From Silvanigrellaceae bacterium (GTDB lineage: Bacteria > Bdellovibrionota_B > Oligoflexia > Silvanigrellales > CANGWC01): a DNA stretch of 64,000 nt. The notes beneath the pieces were generated by a model. That model ran no database searches and was not told the DNA's origin. It saw only the letters and a list, made by a program, of their open reading frames with translations. Position 1 is the first letter of the stretch; every line of letters begins with the position of its first letter. Positions 36,492 to 45,466 of this stretch are shown piece after piece. The position numbers and the translations under genes were made by a program. The stretch is taken from contig CANGWC010000001.1 in NCBI GenBank assembly GCA_947457515.1, positions 34,153 through 98,152 of the forward strand. The letters run 5' to 3'.

Positions 36492-38876
36492 TTAGTAATT
36501 TAGATTAAAAACCTGATTTAAAAGATCTTGAGAACGTTGAACAAAGATGATCTCTAACTGACTTAAAACTTCTTTAGGAAGATCATCGAGATCTTTTTCG
36601 TTTTCCATAGGAAGAAAGACTTTTTGAATGCCATGTCTATGGGCTGCTATGAGCTTTTCTTTAATACCACCTACAGGAAGAACATCTCCTCTTAAAGAGA
36701 TCTCTCCGGTCATCGCTATTTTAGAAGGAATTGGGATCTGAAGATACTGACTTGTTAGAGCTGATAGAATCGCTAAGCCTGCGCTGGGACCATCTTTTTT
36801 GATAGCTCCTGCGGGACAATGTAAATGAATATTAGACTTATTTAAAAGAGTTTGATTTAAATGCAGCTTCTCAGATTGAGATTTTAAATAAGCTAATGCA
36901 GTGAGTGCTGATTCTTTCATAACATCACCTAATTGTCCTGTAATGGATAAACTGCCATTACCTTTAGGAGTTAGAACTGTTTCAATATAAAGAACATCTC
37001 CTCCTACAGAAGTGTATGCAAGACCTGTGGAAACACCACAGGGTAGTGTCTTAGCTTTACGGGTAGGTAAATAAATAGGTCTACCTAAATGCTTTGCAAT
37101 AGAATCTTTGGTGGCATTGATAATGACTTTTTTCTTAAAGTTCCCTTTAGCCTCTAGAGTCTCTAGGATAAGAGATCGACTTAAAGCAGAAATCTTTCTT
37201 TTGAGTTCTCTTACACCTGCTTCTGCAGTAAACTCCTGAATAAGATGTTGAAGAGGTGCCTTTAAAAACCGCAGATCTAGAATACCTTTAAGTCCCTGTT
37301 CCTCAATGACTTGAGGAATGAGGTATTTTTGAGCAATATTTTGCTTCTCTTGAAGAGTGTATCCAGATAGTTCTATTTTCTCTAAACGATCCAAAAGCGG
37401 CGCTGGAATTGTCTGTAAAGTGTTAGCAGTTGCGATAAAGATCACTTGGCTTAAATCTAATGGGACATTTAGGTAATGATCTGTAAATGTATGATTTTGT
37501 TCTGGATCGAGAACCTCTAATAAAGCACTAGATGGATCTCCCCTGAAATCCGATGAAACCTTATCGATTTCATCTAATAAGATGACAGGATTCATGGTTC
37601 CTGCTTTCTTGAGGGCTTCTGCAAATTTACCTGGTAAACTTCCAATATAAGTTCTTCTATGACCTCGAATTTCAGCTTCATCTCTAATACCGCCTAAGGC
37701 AATACGTACAAACTTTCTATTTAATGCTCTTGCTATGGATTTACCTAGACTTGTTTTACCAACTCCTGGAGGACCAACTAAAAGAAGAATTGGGCCCTTA
37801 GATTGTTGTTTTAAACTGTAAATAGCAATGAATTCTAAGATTCGTTTTTTAAGTTTTTCTAATCCAAAATGATCTTCATCCAGAACTTTTCTAGCGTGAT
37901 CTAAAGTCACTTTACCTTGAGAAAGCTCTCCCCAAGGGATATCCAAAAGCCAATTTACATAACTATGACTGACCATATACTCTGGGGATCCCGGTTGCAT
38001 CATATTCATGCGTTCCACTTCTTTTAAAGCAATTTCTTTAGCTTCCTGTGGCATGGCACTTTTTTCTAAGGTTTCTGTGATATCACCTGAATTTCTCGAA
38101 GATGATGACCCCCCGGTGGGAGAGGTTGGCTTATTATCCACTTCTCCCAATTCTTTTTGAATGAATCTGAGTTGTTCTTTAAGGAAAAATTTCTTCTGTT
38201 GTTTAGAAATCTCTGATTTGACATCATTTTGTATCTTTTGAGATAGCTCAAGAATCTCTATTTCCCTTGTCAGATAAAAATGCACTTTCTTAAGTCTTTG
38301 GGCATGATCTACAATTTCCAGTAAAGATTGTTTTGTAGGAACATCAATACTTAAATAGGGGATCACAAGATCTGCTAAATATCCGGGTTCTTGAAGACTT
38401 TCTATAAAAAGATTTGCCTCATTAGGAATATTGGGAGAAAGAGAAACAGCTTTTTGAACAAGTTGTTTCAGGCTTTTACCTAAAGCAAGGTTCTCTTCAT
38501 CCATGGACTCTTCGGGAGTATTAGGTAAAAATTCAACTTCTGCAGTTAGGGTTTCATCATCTCCAGAAATAAATTTTTCAATACGAAATCTTCGAATTCC
38601 TTGGAACACAGCTCCGCTGCTACTATCAGGAAACCGGATGATTTTTAAAACCTTTGCTTCTGTACCATAGAAGTATAACCCATTGTTTTCAGAATTTTTA
38701 TCTTCACTTTTCTGTGCAACAATGCCTAAAGTCGCTCCAGAACGGATAGCATAATCAATAGCTTCAGCAGACATCTCTTTGCCTGCTGTCACGGGATATA
38801 TGTTATGAGGGAAAAGGACTGTCTGTCTAATAGGCAGAATTCTCAATGTTTCTTTAGTGTTCATTTTTTTTTCCAT
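36492..38876 (-). CDS. lon: ATP-dependent Lon protease
   Basis: LON N-domain, Walker A LVGPPGVGKTSLGKSIA, Walker B ILLDEIDK, and protease Ser DGPSAGLAI with Lys GGIKEKLIAA. The alternative start is M5 at 38864. Confidence 0.9.
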   Translation of the reverse strand: MEKKMNTKETLRILPIRQTVLFPHNIYPVTAGKEMSAEAIDYAIRSGATLGIVAQKSEDKNSENNGLYFYGTEAKVLKIIRFPDSSSGAVFQGIRRFRIEKFISGDDETLTAEVEFLPNTPEESMDEENLALGKSLKQLVQKAVSLSPNIPNEANLFIESLQEPGYLADLVIPYLSIDVPTKQSLLEIVDHAQRLKKVHFYLTREIEILELSQKIQNDVKSEISKQQKKFFLKEQLRFIQKELGEVDNKPTSPTGGSSSSRNSGDITETLEKSAMPQEAKEIALKEVERMNMMQPGSPEYMVSHSYVNWLLDIPWGELSQGKVTLDHARKVLDEDHFGLEKLKKRILEFIAIYSLKQQSKGPILLLVGPPGVGKTSLGKSIARALNRKFVRIALGGIRDEAEIRGHRRTYIGSLPGKFAEALKKAGTMNPVILLDEIDKVSSDFRGDPSSALLEVLDPEQNHTFTDHYLNVPLDLSQVIFIATANTLQTIPAPLLDRLEKIELSGYTLQEKQNIAQKYLIPQVIEEQGLKGILDLRFLKAPLQHLIQEFTAEAGVRELKRKISALSRSLILETLEAKGNFKKKVIINATKDSIAKHLGRPIYLPTRKAKTLPCGVSTGLAYTSVGGDVLYIETVLTPKGNGSLSITGQLGDVMKESALTALAYLKSQSEKLHLNQTLLNKSNIHLHCPAGAIKKDGPSAGLAILSALTSQYLQIPIPSKIAMTGEISLRGDVLPVGGIKEKLIAAHRHGIQKVFLPMENEKDLDDLPKEVLSQLEIIFVQRSQDLLNQVFNLNY

Positions 38877-38882
38877 AAGTGA

Positions 38883-38910
38883 AATATGAGCTGCTCTTGA
38901 GCAGTGTCAA
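38883..38910 (-). promoter_or_regulatory. Candidate lon promoter (TTGACA-N16-CATATT) with a palindrome filling the spacer
   Basis: On the minus strand, TTGACA lies at 38910..38905 and CATATT at 38888..38883. The 16-nt spacer contains CTGCTCAAGAGCAG (38891..38904), a palindrome of 6+2+6. The -10 ends 6 nt before the lon ATG. Confidence 0.4.
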
Positions 38911-38968
38911 CTTTAAATATCCTCTTGCCGACTCATTCATTCTGTTTTACTGTACGGGGGGAGTCAAT

Positions 38969-39187
38969 ATGAGCCGAAAATGTGATCTAACAGGTAAAAA
39001 ATCTATGATGGGACATCGTATTTCTCATGCCCACAATGTGTCTAAAGTCAGACTTCTTCCTAATGTACAGAAGAAGAGAATATACATCCCAAGTTTGAAG
39101 AAGTTTATTCGCATGAAGGTCAGTACATCTGCCCTTAAAACTTTAGATAAATTAGGCATAGAAGAATTTCTTAAAAAAATATCTTAA
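38969..39187 (+). CDS. rpmB: 50S ribosomal protein L28
   Basis: MSRKCDLTGKKSMMGHRISHAHNVSKVRLLPNVQKKRIY is the L28 signature. The SD GGGGGAG lies 5 nt upstream. The GTG at 38879 in the ORF track is an over-extension. Confidence 0.9.
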   Translation: MSRKCDLTGKKSMMGHRISHAHNVSKVRLLPNVQKKRIYIPSLKKFIRMKVSTSALKTLDKLGIEEFLKKIS

Positions 39188-39219
39188 TCATTACAACGAT
39201 ATAATTAATTTTATTAGAT

Positions 39220-39263
39220 TTCACTCATCTATCCTCGAAATTCTTCGAAAATAGATGAGTGAA
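39220..39263 (+). promoter_or_regulatory. Long hairpin that sequesters the GTG start of the REC-TPR gene
   Basis: The outer stem is 13 perfect base pairs (39220..39232 with 39251..39263). After a 2x2 internal loop comes a 5-bp inner stem TCGAA/TTCGA with loop ATTC. The GTG start at 39259..39261 lies in the 3' arm. No U-tract follows, so it is not a classical terminator. Confidence 0.6.
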
Positions 39264-40509
39264 TGATAAAGTCCTTACCCTAATTGTAGACGATCAAAGA
39301 TTGATGCGTCTTTCTGTACGTAGAATTCTTCAACAAGATAAATTATTTGTTTTACATGATTGTAGCAGTATTAAAGATGCTTTATCTTTCTTACAAAAGA
39401 ATTATGTAGAACTTCTCATTATAGATGTTTATTTTCCTGAATCTAATGGTCTAGATCTTCTCAGTTATATTCGTCAAAGGAAAATATCCTTTGATATCCC
39501 TGTGATCGTTCTTTCTGGTGAAAATAATCGTAATGATATTCTTATGGCCTTAGACTTAGGTGCTACTGAATACATTGTTAAGCCCTTTGAAGGGAATAAA
39601 TTTTACTCTAAGATTTGTCATGTGGTAGAACAGTTCCGTAATCCATCTCAAATCACTCAAACTCTTCGTCATGCTCAAAAAGCTTTTCTCTTAGAAAATT
39701 ATGAAGAATCTGCTCGTTTGTTTTCAACTCTTTGTGAACTTGCTCCCGGAAATCTAAGATTTAATACAGATATGGCTATTACATCCCATAAGCTGGGACA
39801 AACAAATCGTTCCATTGCCATGTTGGAAGCCATTTTGATTCAAGATCCTACGTTTTTTTATGCTCATGCTTCTCTGGCGGATATCTATTTAGAATTACAT
39901 GATACAGAAAAAGCCATTTCCTACCTTGAAAAAGAATTAGAATATAACGGTAAACGGGTACACCGTCGTTATATTCTTGCAAAAGCCTATACTGAACTTG
40001 GAGCATTTGAAAAAGCCATTGAGCATATGCATAAAGCCATTAGTCATGCTGGATTATCTGCAGAAACTTTCTTAATCTCTATGGCTGATATCCAACAAAA
40101 AGCAGGACATTGGGATATGGCTCTGCATTACTATCTTAAAGCCAGAAGATATTCGCCGACTTGTCAGCAAGCTTTAGATGGAATCATTGAAACAACAGAA
40201 CGCTATGGTCAACCAAAGCAAGCGATTCATCATTTATCCAGTCTTCTCCCCTATAAAAAAGGTGCTTATCAAGTGCTTTTAGCCAGATCCAAAGTCTATA
40301 AAAGGCTAGGAGATACGAGTTTAGCTTTAGATGATATTAACTCTGCCATTCGTTTTGCTCCTCATCTCAAAGAGGCTTATATTCAAAAAATTCATTTTCT
40401 CAATTCTCAAGGGTCCAAGTCAGAAGCTGAACACCATAAAAAAGAAGTGTTACGTCTTTTTCCTGACTCCGCAGACGAGATTCATGTAGCTTTATCAAAG
40501 GCAAGTTAA
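39259..40509 (+). CDS. Response regulator receiver domain fused to TPR repeats
   Basis: REC residues are LIVDDQ, LLIIDVYFPESNG, VIVLSGE and EYIVKPF. About 290 aa of TPR-like helical repeats follow. No kinase gene is adjacent. Confidence 0.8.
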   Translation: MNDKVLTLIVDDQRLMRLSVRRILQQDKLFVLHDCSSIKDALSFLQKNYVELLIIDVYFPESNGLDLLSYIRQRKISFDIPVIVLSGENNRNDILMALDLGATEYIVKPFEGNKFYSKICHVVEQFRNPSQITQTLRHAQKAFLLENYEESARLFSTLCELAPGNLRFNTDMAITSHKLGQTNRSIAMLEAILIQDPTFFYAHASLADIYLELHDTEKAISYLEKELEYNGKRVHRRYILAKAYTELGAFEKAIEHMHKAISHAGLSAETFLISMADIQQKAGHWDMALHYYLKARRYSPTCQQALDGIIETTERYGQPKQAIHHLSSLLPYKKGAYQVLLARSKVYKRLGDTSLALDDINSAIRFAPHLKEAYIQKIHFLNSQGSKSEAEHHKKEVLRLFPDSADEIHVALSKAS

Positions 40510-40608
40510 TATTTAATAGAGTTTCTCCTACAACTCTCAAAAAATCTAACATCACGACTTTCTTTGATTTAAAACATTATGGTACGATAATTAAAATTTA
40601 TAGGAATT

Positions 40609-41241
40609 GTGTTGAATATACTCTGTCTAGCTATTGCTGTAGCTATTCCCTCGTTAGCTGTATCTCATCAAGAAAGCCTAGGCTCTCCAAGCGTTGCTCA
40701 AAATACTTCTCACTTATTATTTTTTTTAAGTAGGTTTAAGATCTCAAATTTAAAGACACTGGCTCTGCTTCTTCAACAAGCTCAACTTGTTATAGGCGAA
40801 AGTGAACTCTCTAGAGAATCACTCAATTCCGCTATCGATCTTCTTAGGAAGTATGAATCTTTATGTAAAATATTAGAATTAGAATACCCTACGATTTATA
40901 AGTTTTATAGAATTTATTTAGATGCTGCTCAAAACAATACAGATATTCTCATTGTATCTGATAAACTTTTAAGTACACAAGATAATTTTATTAAAGAATT
41001 AAATGAACATATCAAAGAGTCACCTAATCATGAAGGTCTCTATCTAGACTACATTGTAAAGATAAATAACGTCTTTAACGCATTTCGGAATGTCTTAGAT
41101 CAAACTCGTCTTTTCATCTCTTATATGAAAGATAAAGATGATATTTCGATTTTTCATGAAGGTTTTCAACCTTATTATGAAGAATTCACACAAAATTATA
41201 TTGAGCTCGTAAAAGAATTTTATGAGGTTTCAGTACTATGA
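40609..41241 (+). CDS. Hypothetical secreted helical protein
   Basis: 210 aa, GTG start, signal peptide MLNILCLAIAVAIPSLAVS. No motif recognised. Confidence 0.5.
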   Translation: MLNILCLAIAVAIPSLAVSHQESLGSPSVAQNTSHLLFFLSRFKISNLKTLALLLQQAQLVIGESELSRESLNSAIDLLRKYESLCKILELEYPTIYKFYRIYLDAAQNNTDILIVSDKLLSTQDNFIKELNEHIKESPNHEGLYLDYIVKINNVFNAFRNVLDQTRLFISYMKDKDDISIFHEGFQPYYEEFTQNYIELVKEFYEVSVL

Positions 41242-42137
41242 GATTTTTGGTTTTTATTTCGGTTTTTTACTTTCAATTTAGCTTAGCTACAATTCATGAA
41301 AAAGTGATTCAACTGCAAAATCTCAGTATAAATATGATGATATATGATCATTTATCATCATTAACTAGAGCTGCACTATCTAGAAATCCCAAGCTATTTT
41401 TAAATCAAAAAATTGTGCATTATGAAAGTTTTGCAGACTTTGAATTCTTAGTAGAGCAAAAAATGAGTACCCTCTCTACGCTGCTATCTGAAATTAAAGA
41501 GAGTCTGATTCCCAATCATTTAAATGAATCAGAGTCTGTTCCTCTTGATGAAGAAGAACCCGTTTTTAGTATTGATACTCATACTAAAATTGCTTTTTTT
41601 AATAAAGATATTTTATCGTGTTTCGAAGTCTTTAATCAGATACGCAAACTTCATCCACATCTTGAAGAACTTATACCTTTTGTTTCTATAGATGATACTC
41701 CTTTTGTTTCTATTAAGAAAATACTCCAACATAGCAACTCAATGATATTAAGAGCTTTTAGGGATATTCATAGATACCATTTTTCACAAGTTTCTCCCTA
41801 TGTGAGGGATGCCAGATTAAAAGAAATCCAGGAAGATAAACAAGCTTTAACTCTTCAATTAGAAACACAGGTCCATGTTTTAGGAGTATTGGAACAGTTA
41901 TTAAAAGACTATGAAGACACAACTGAAGGGTTAGATCAAACTAGTTTAGCAAATATCGCTAATTATATAGGTATGTTTGGCGATGATTTTAAAGACCCCG
42001 CTGAAATTCCTAAAAAAACTCATTTAAATACAATATATAATTTTCTTCGAGATTCAAATGTGGTTGATCTCATCAATAGCCTAGCCTTTACAAATACTAG
42101 AGCTATTAACCTACACTCCCGATTATATCCTCAATAA
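41238..42137 (+). CDS. Hypothetical secreted helical protein (coupled to the previous gene)
   Basis: 299 aa with an ATGA overlap and the signal peptide MRFLVFISVFYFQFSLA. An internal 14-nt direct repeat produces PFVSIDDTPFVSI. Confidence 0.5.
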   Translation: MRFLVFISVFYFQFSLATIHEKVIQLQNLSINMMIYDHLSSLTRAALSRNPKLFLNQKIVHYESFADFEFLVEQKMSTLSTLLSEIKESLIPNHLNESESVPLDEEEPVFSIDTHTKIAFFNKDILSCFEVFNQIRKLHPHLEELIPFVSIDDTPFVSIKKILQHSNSMILRAFRDIHRYHFSQVSPYVRDARLKEIQEDKQALTLQLETQVHVLGVLEQLLKDYEDTTEGLDQTSLANIANYIGMFGDDFKDPAEIPKKTHLNTIYNFLRDSNVVDLINSLAFTNTRAINLHSRLYPQ

Positions 42138-43417
42138 TGTTTCTTTAATGAAGATTGAAAAAAAGACTGACTTGTAGAAAATGATTTCCAAACTTCATTT
42201 CTGTTTTGAAAGTGCAGAGAATAACGAGATAATATATCTTTTTGAAGTTGATCCGGAGAGCTCTGAATAAAAAAAGTCAGGATTTCTTGGCCTATACTTT
42301 GAAAGAACTTCTCATTTTGATGTCTTAGAGAATCGTTGCTTAACCAGTTATTCCACTTAAAAGGCAAGAGTTTAAGTTGGAGATCCTGAGAAAGCTTTAA
42401 GAGATAATCAATTCCAACTTGAGTTTGAAGACCTAGATGGTAAATGACACTAGGAGCAAAAAGATGTTCCCAAGACTGACAATCAATGTTGCGAATTTCA
42501 CAAAACGGTCTCATCCTAACAAAGGGAAATAGAGTGGAAAGATGACTCAACCAATCTTTTTCTTGGGGGAAGATTCCCTGATAACCTTTTTCGTACCATT
42601 CTTTAAAAGTGATCTGTCCATAAAGAGGTTGTTCTTCTAAAGGAAGTTCTGTGATCATCCAAACATAAGCATTTTGTCCATAAATGGCATATTGTTCAAG
42701 CCATGCTTCTGGAGCATCATTGTAAGAAAGTGGCCATTTTGGTGGATAACTTGATCGTGTTTGATCCATATGAGTCCAAACATTCTGTCTTTCTGCTACT
42801 TTAATCTCATGATTAAACATATAACTATTTAAAAACAAATAATAAAAAACAGGCTCTAAAACGGTTAGGATATAAAGAGCTTTACTGAGATTTTCCCAGG
42901 GAATATCAAGATTAGGTTGTAATGTGCATAAATGCCTCATCATATCGAGGCCTCTGCCTTGTGGTTCAGAGTTGAGGTAACGTTGTAAGGCTAAGTATCT
43001 AAACTTTGGAACAACGCATTCATTAGGCTCTTTATCTAAAATTCTTGTTCCATGAAGACTGAGATCAATATCCTGAGGGACTAAAGAGAATGCTTGATTC
43101 ACCTCATGGTAAAGAGATTCAAACGAGCTATGAGGGTGTGAAGAATATTCTAATTGTCCCCCAGGTTCTAAAGAGTAAGATGCCTTAGAGTCCATTTTAA
43201 GTGCATAAGTCATCCCCGTTGTGAGATCTTTTTGAAGAGTAGAATTAGGTATTTTGACTTGAATTTCTTCCAGAATATTTCTGATTCGAGGGTCGACTGG
43301 TTTCCCTTTTATGTAGGGAAAAGTCTCTATTTCTAAAGCCATTTCTAGTTTTTTAGGCTTATAAAAAAGTGGTTCTATCCACGCTTTAGGCAACACAAAA
43401 GATGTACTGTAACTCAT
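42131..43417 (-). CDS. Glutamate-cysteine ligase family 2-like (plant/proteobacterial type) carboxylate-amine ligase
   Basis: SLEPGGQLEYSS resembles the EPGGQxELSG core of plant-type gamma-glutamylcysteine synthetases, and the size is about right. This is motif-level evidence only. Confidence 0.55.
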   Translation of the reverse strand: MSYSTSFVLPKAWIEPLFYKPKKLEMALEIETFPYIKGKPVDPRIRNILEEIQVKIPNSTLQKDLTTGMTYALKMDSKASYSLEPGGQLEYSSHPHSSFESLYHEVNQAFSLVPQDIDLSLHGTRILDKEPNECVVPKFRYLALQRYLNSEPQGRGLDMMRHLCTLQPNLDIPWENLSKALYILTVLEPVFYYLFLNSYMFNHEIKVAERQNVWTHMDQTRSSYPPKWPLSYNDAPEAWLEQYAIYGQNAYVWMITELPLEEQPLYGQITFKEWYEKGYQGIFPQEKDWLSHLSTLFPFVRMRPFCEIRNIDCQSWEHLFAPSVIYHLGLQTQVGIDYLLKLSQDLQLKLLPFKWNNWLSNDSLRHQNEKFFQSIGQEILTFFIQSSPDQLQKDILSRYSLHFQNRNEVWKSFSTSQSFFQSSLKKHY

Positions 43418-43419
43418 GA

Positions 43420-43803
43420 TTACTTACCTTGAATCACATTAAGAGAAATACCTTGGACTCCTTGATTTTGCAGAACATCCATAATTTTAACAAGAATTTC
43501 GTAGGGAACTGTTTTGTCTGCACTTAAAGAAACAGGTGATGTCATTTTTAGATTTTTAAATTCCTCAAAATTAAGATCTTGTTCATTAATTTTTAATTTA
43601 AGATGTTTATCTACAACTATTTTTGTTTCAAATTTTTGCTGAGAAGCTGATGATGAAGCAGCTCCAGGAAGATCTAGACTCAAATGATGTTGAGTTATCA
43701 TTGATGATGTCACCATAAAGATAACCAAAAGAACTAATAAAATATCTACAAAAGGTGTGATATTAATTTCAACAATAGGTTTATCTGTATCTTCAAAGTT
43801 CAA
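43420..43803 (-). CDS. ExbD/TolR-family biopolymer transport protein
   Basis: INITPFVDILLVLLVIFMV is the typical N-terminal TM. 127 aa, TTG start 1 nt after the upstream stop. Confidence 0.8.
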   Translation of the reverse strand: MNFEDTDKPIVEINITPFVDILLVLLVIFMVTSSMITQHHLSLDLPGAASSSASQQKFETKIVVDKHLKLKINEQDLNFEEFKNLKMTSPVSLSADKTVPYEILVKIMDVLQNQGVQGISLNVIQGK

Positions 43804-43804
43804 A

Positions 43805-44425
43805 TCAGTTTTTCCACGACTTAATGATAAAATGCATCACAGTCTGACTATTATGAGACCGAGACTGTAAGACTCTATAAAAATAGTTATACATCACAAC
43901 TGAGGGAAGAGTAGCAAGAAGAGCAACGCCTGTTGCAACTAATGCTTCTGAAATAGATGCCATAATCACATTTGGATTCATGGATGTTGTTGTGGATAAA
44001 GCATGAAATGCTTGAATCACACCAATGATAGTCCCTAATAACCCTACAAAAGGGATATTATTACCTAAGGTTCCCAGAATCGTGAGCCTTTGAAGTAACT
44101 GATTTCTCATGAGAATCAAAGTGCCTTGCATACCTTCTGATGCTGACTTCTCATCTACGCTTTCTAACCCCACAGCAGCTATTTTTGCTTCCATAAGAGG
44201 GCTACCCGCACACCAAGCTGCTATGGTTTCTCTGGGTTCTCCTGATTGGATCCTTCGAAGAAGATCTTCCATAAAAATAGAAAAAGATCCTCTCCATTTG
44301 GAGAAGATAATGAGTCTTTCTAGAATAATAAACCAAGAAATAAAACTGCAACCTACGATAAGGACCATGACCCATTCTGCACCCCAATCAAGGGCCCACT
44401 GTAAAAATTTTTCGGTAATTTTCAT
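43805..44425 (-). CDS. MotA/TolQ/ExbB-family proton channel
   Basis: Three TMs plus LGTLGNNIPFVGLLGTIIGVIQAF. No TonB or TolA gene is adjacent. Confidence 0.8.
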   Translation of the reverse strand: MKITEKFLQWALDWGAEWVMVLIVGCSFISWFIILERLIIFSKWRGSFSIFMEDLLRRIQSGEPRETIAAWCAGSPLMEAKIAAVGLESVDEKSASEGMQGTLILMRNQLLQRLTILGTLGNNIPFVGLLGTIIGVIQAFHALSTTTSMNPNVIMASISEALVATGVALLATLPSVVMYNYFYRVLQSRSHNSQTVMHFIIKSWKN

Positions 44426-44446
44426 ACTTTATCGCTAACAACTTTC

Positions 44447-45466
44447 TTAGGAAACTTCAATGGATGATTGTAAATCATTTATCCATTTCATAAAACCTGG
44501 AAATTGAGGTAACTGACAAGCTAAAATAGCATCATCTACGTAACTTATTTTTCTGAGTCCACATAACACAGAAGATACTCCCTTTGTTTTCATGAGACTG
44601 GCTAATACAATTTGACTTAAGGGAGCTTCTGCATACCCTGGAAAAGGTATCGTTTCTTTAGCATGTTCTTTCAAATTAACGGAAAGTTGATACCATTGAT
44701 TATAAGTTTGTTGATTTTTTGTATCTAGAGGAATACTAGGATCGACGAGTCTACACAAATTTTCACCTGCAAATGCATCAAGAGGTCTATAAGTAACAAC
44801 ACCCAAATTTTTTGCATGGGCCTCAGCAATCAGTTCTAAAGAATCTGTCTCTAACCAATTTAAAGGCACCTGTATCATTTTAAATCCAGGTTTAATATCA
44901 GAAAAACAATTTTTTAAATTGATATAATCTGTAGAACTGATTCCATAAGCACCTATGATTTTAAGTTTGATAAGCTCTTCTAAGACCTCAAAAACTTGAA
45001 TCAGCAGATCTCTATCCCACTTTAACCCTTGAAAATAATATTCTGGATTTTGAAGTAAACAGACATCAATATAATCTCGTCTGAGTCTTCCCAGTGAACG
45101 TACGACTTGATCTTTAATTCTTTCTGGAGAAAGTGTGTATCCAAAGTTTCTACCTTGTAAATAGGGATGTTCCCAAACTTTTGTAAATGAATCTGTATTC
45201 TGAAAAATAGAAACTTCTTCTGGAGTTAAGAGTCCTAACTTAGTCATAATGACCATAGGACTTTTGATGTATTGAGAAATCTCTCCTAGAATAGCTTCCG
45301 ATTCTCCTCCTAAGGAATGATGCGACGTATCTACAAGATTCATATTTTTATGAAGCGCGTATTTAATAATATCTTTATGATCTGAACCCATCCGATAAGT
45401 GCCTATTCCAATAGGAGAGACAAGGGGTCCATTAGGATATAGAGGCTTAAAAAGTTGTAAGACCAT
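44447..45466 (-). CDS. Aldo/keto reductase-family oxidoreductase
   Basis: The N-terminal VSPIGIGTYRMG, DTSHHSLGGESE and general (beta/alpha)8 AKR length support the call. Motif-level evidence only. Confidence 0.6.
   Translation of the reverse strand: MVLQLFKPLYPNGPLVSPIGIGTYRMGSDHKDIIKYALHKNMNLVDTSHHSLGGESEAILGEISQYIKSPMVIMTKLGLLTPEEVSIFQNTDSFTKVWEHPYLQGRNFGYTLSPERIKDQVVRSLGRLRRDYIDVCLLQNPEYYFQGLKWDRDLLIQVFEVLEELIKLKIIGAYGISSTDYINLKNCFSDIKPGFKMIQVPLNWLETDSLELIAEAHAKNLGVVTYRPLDAFAGENLCRLVDPSIPLDTKNQQTYNQWYQLSVNLKEHAKETIPFPGYAEAPLSQIVLASLMKTKGVSSVLCGLRKISYVDDAILACQLPQFPGFMKWINDLQSSIEVS

Noticed and set aside
38879-38968. GTG-initiated 30-codon N-terminal extension of rpmB
   Set aside because: L28 begins at MSRKCDLTGK with its own strong SD (GGGGGAG). 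The extension would run through the divergent lon/rpmB promoter region.
43991-43999. Perfect DnaA box TGTGGATAA (TTATCCACA)
   Set aside because: It is a single copy inside the exbB coding sequence. There is no cluster, no AT-rich unwinding element and no dnaA nearby, so it is not an origin.
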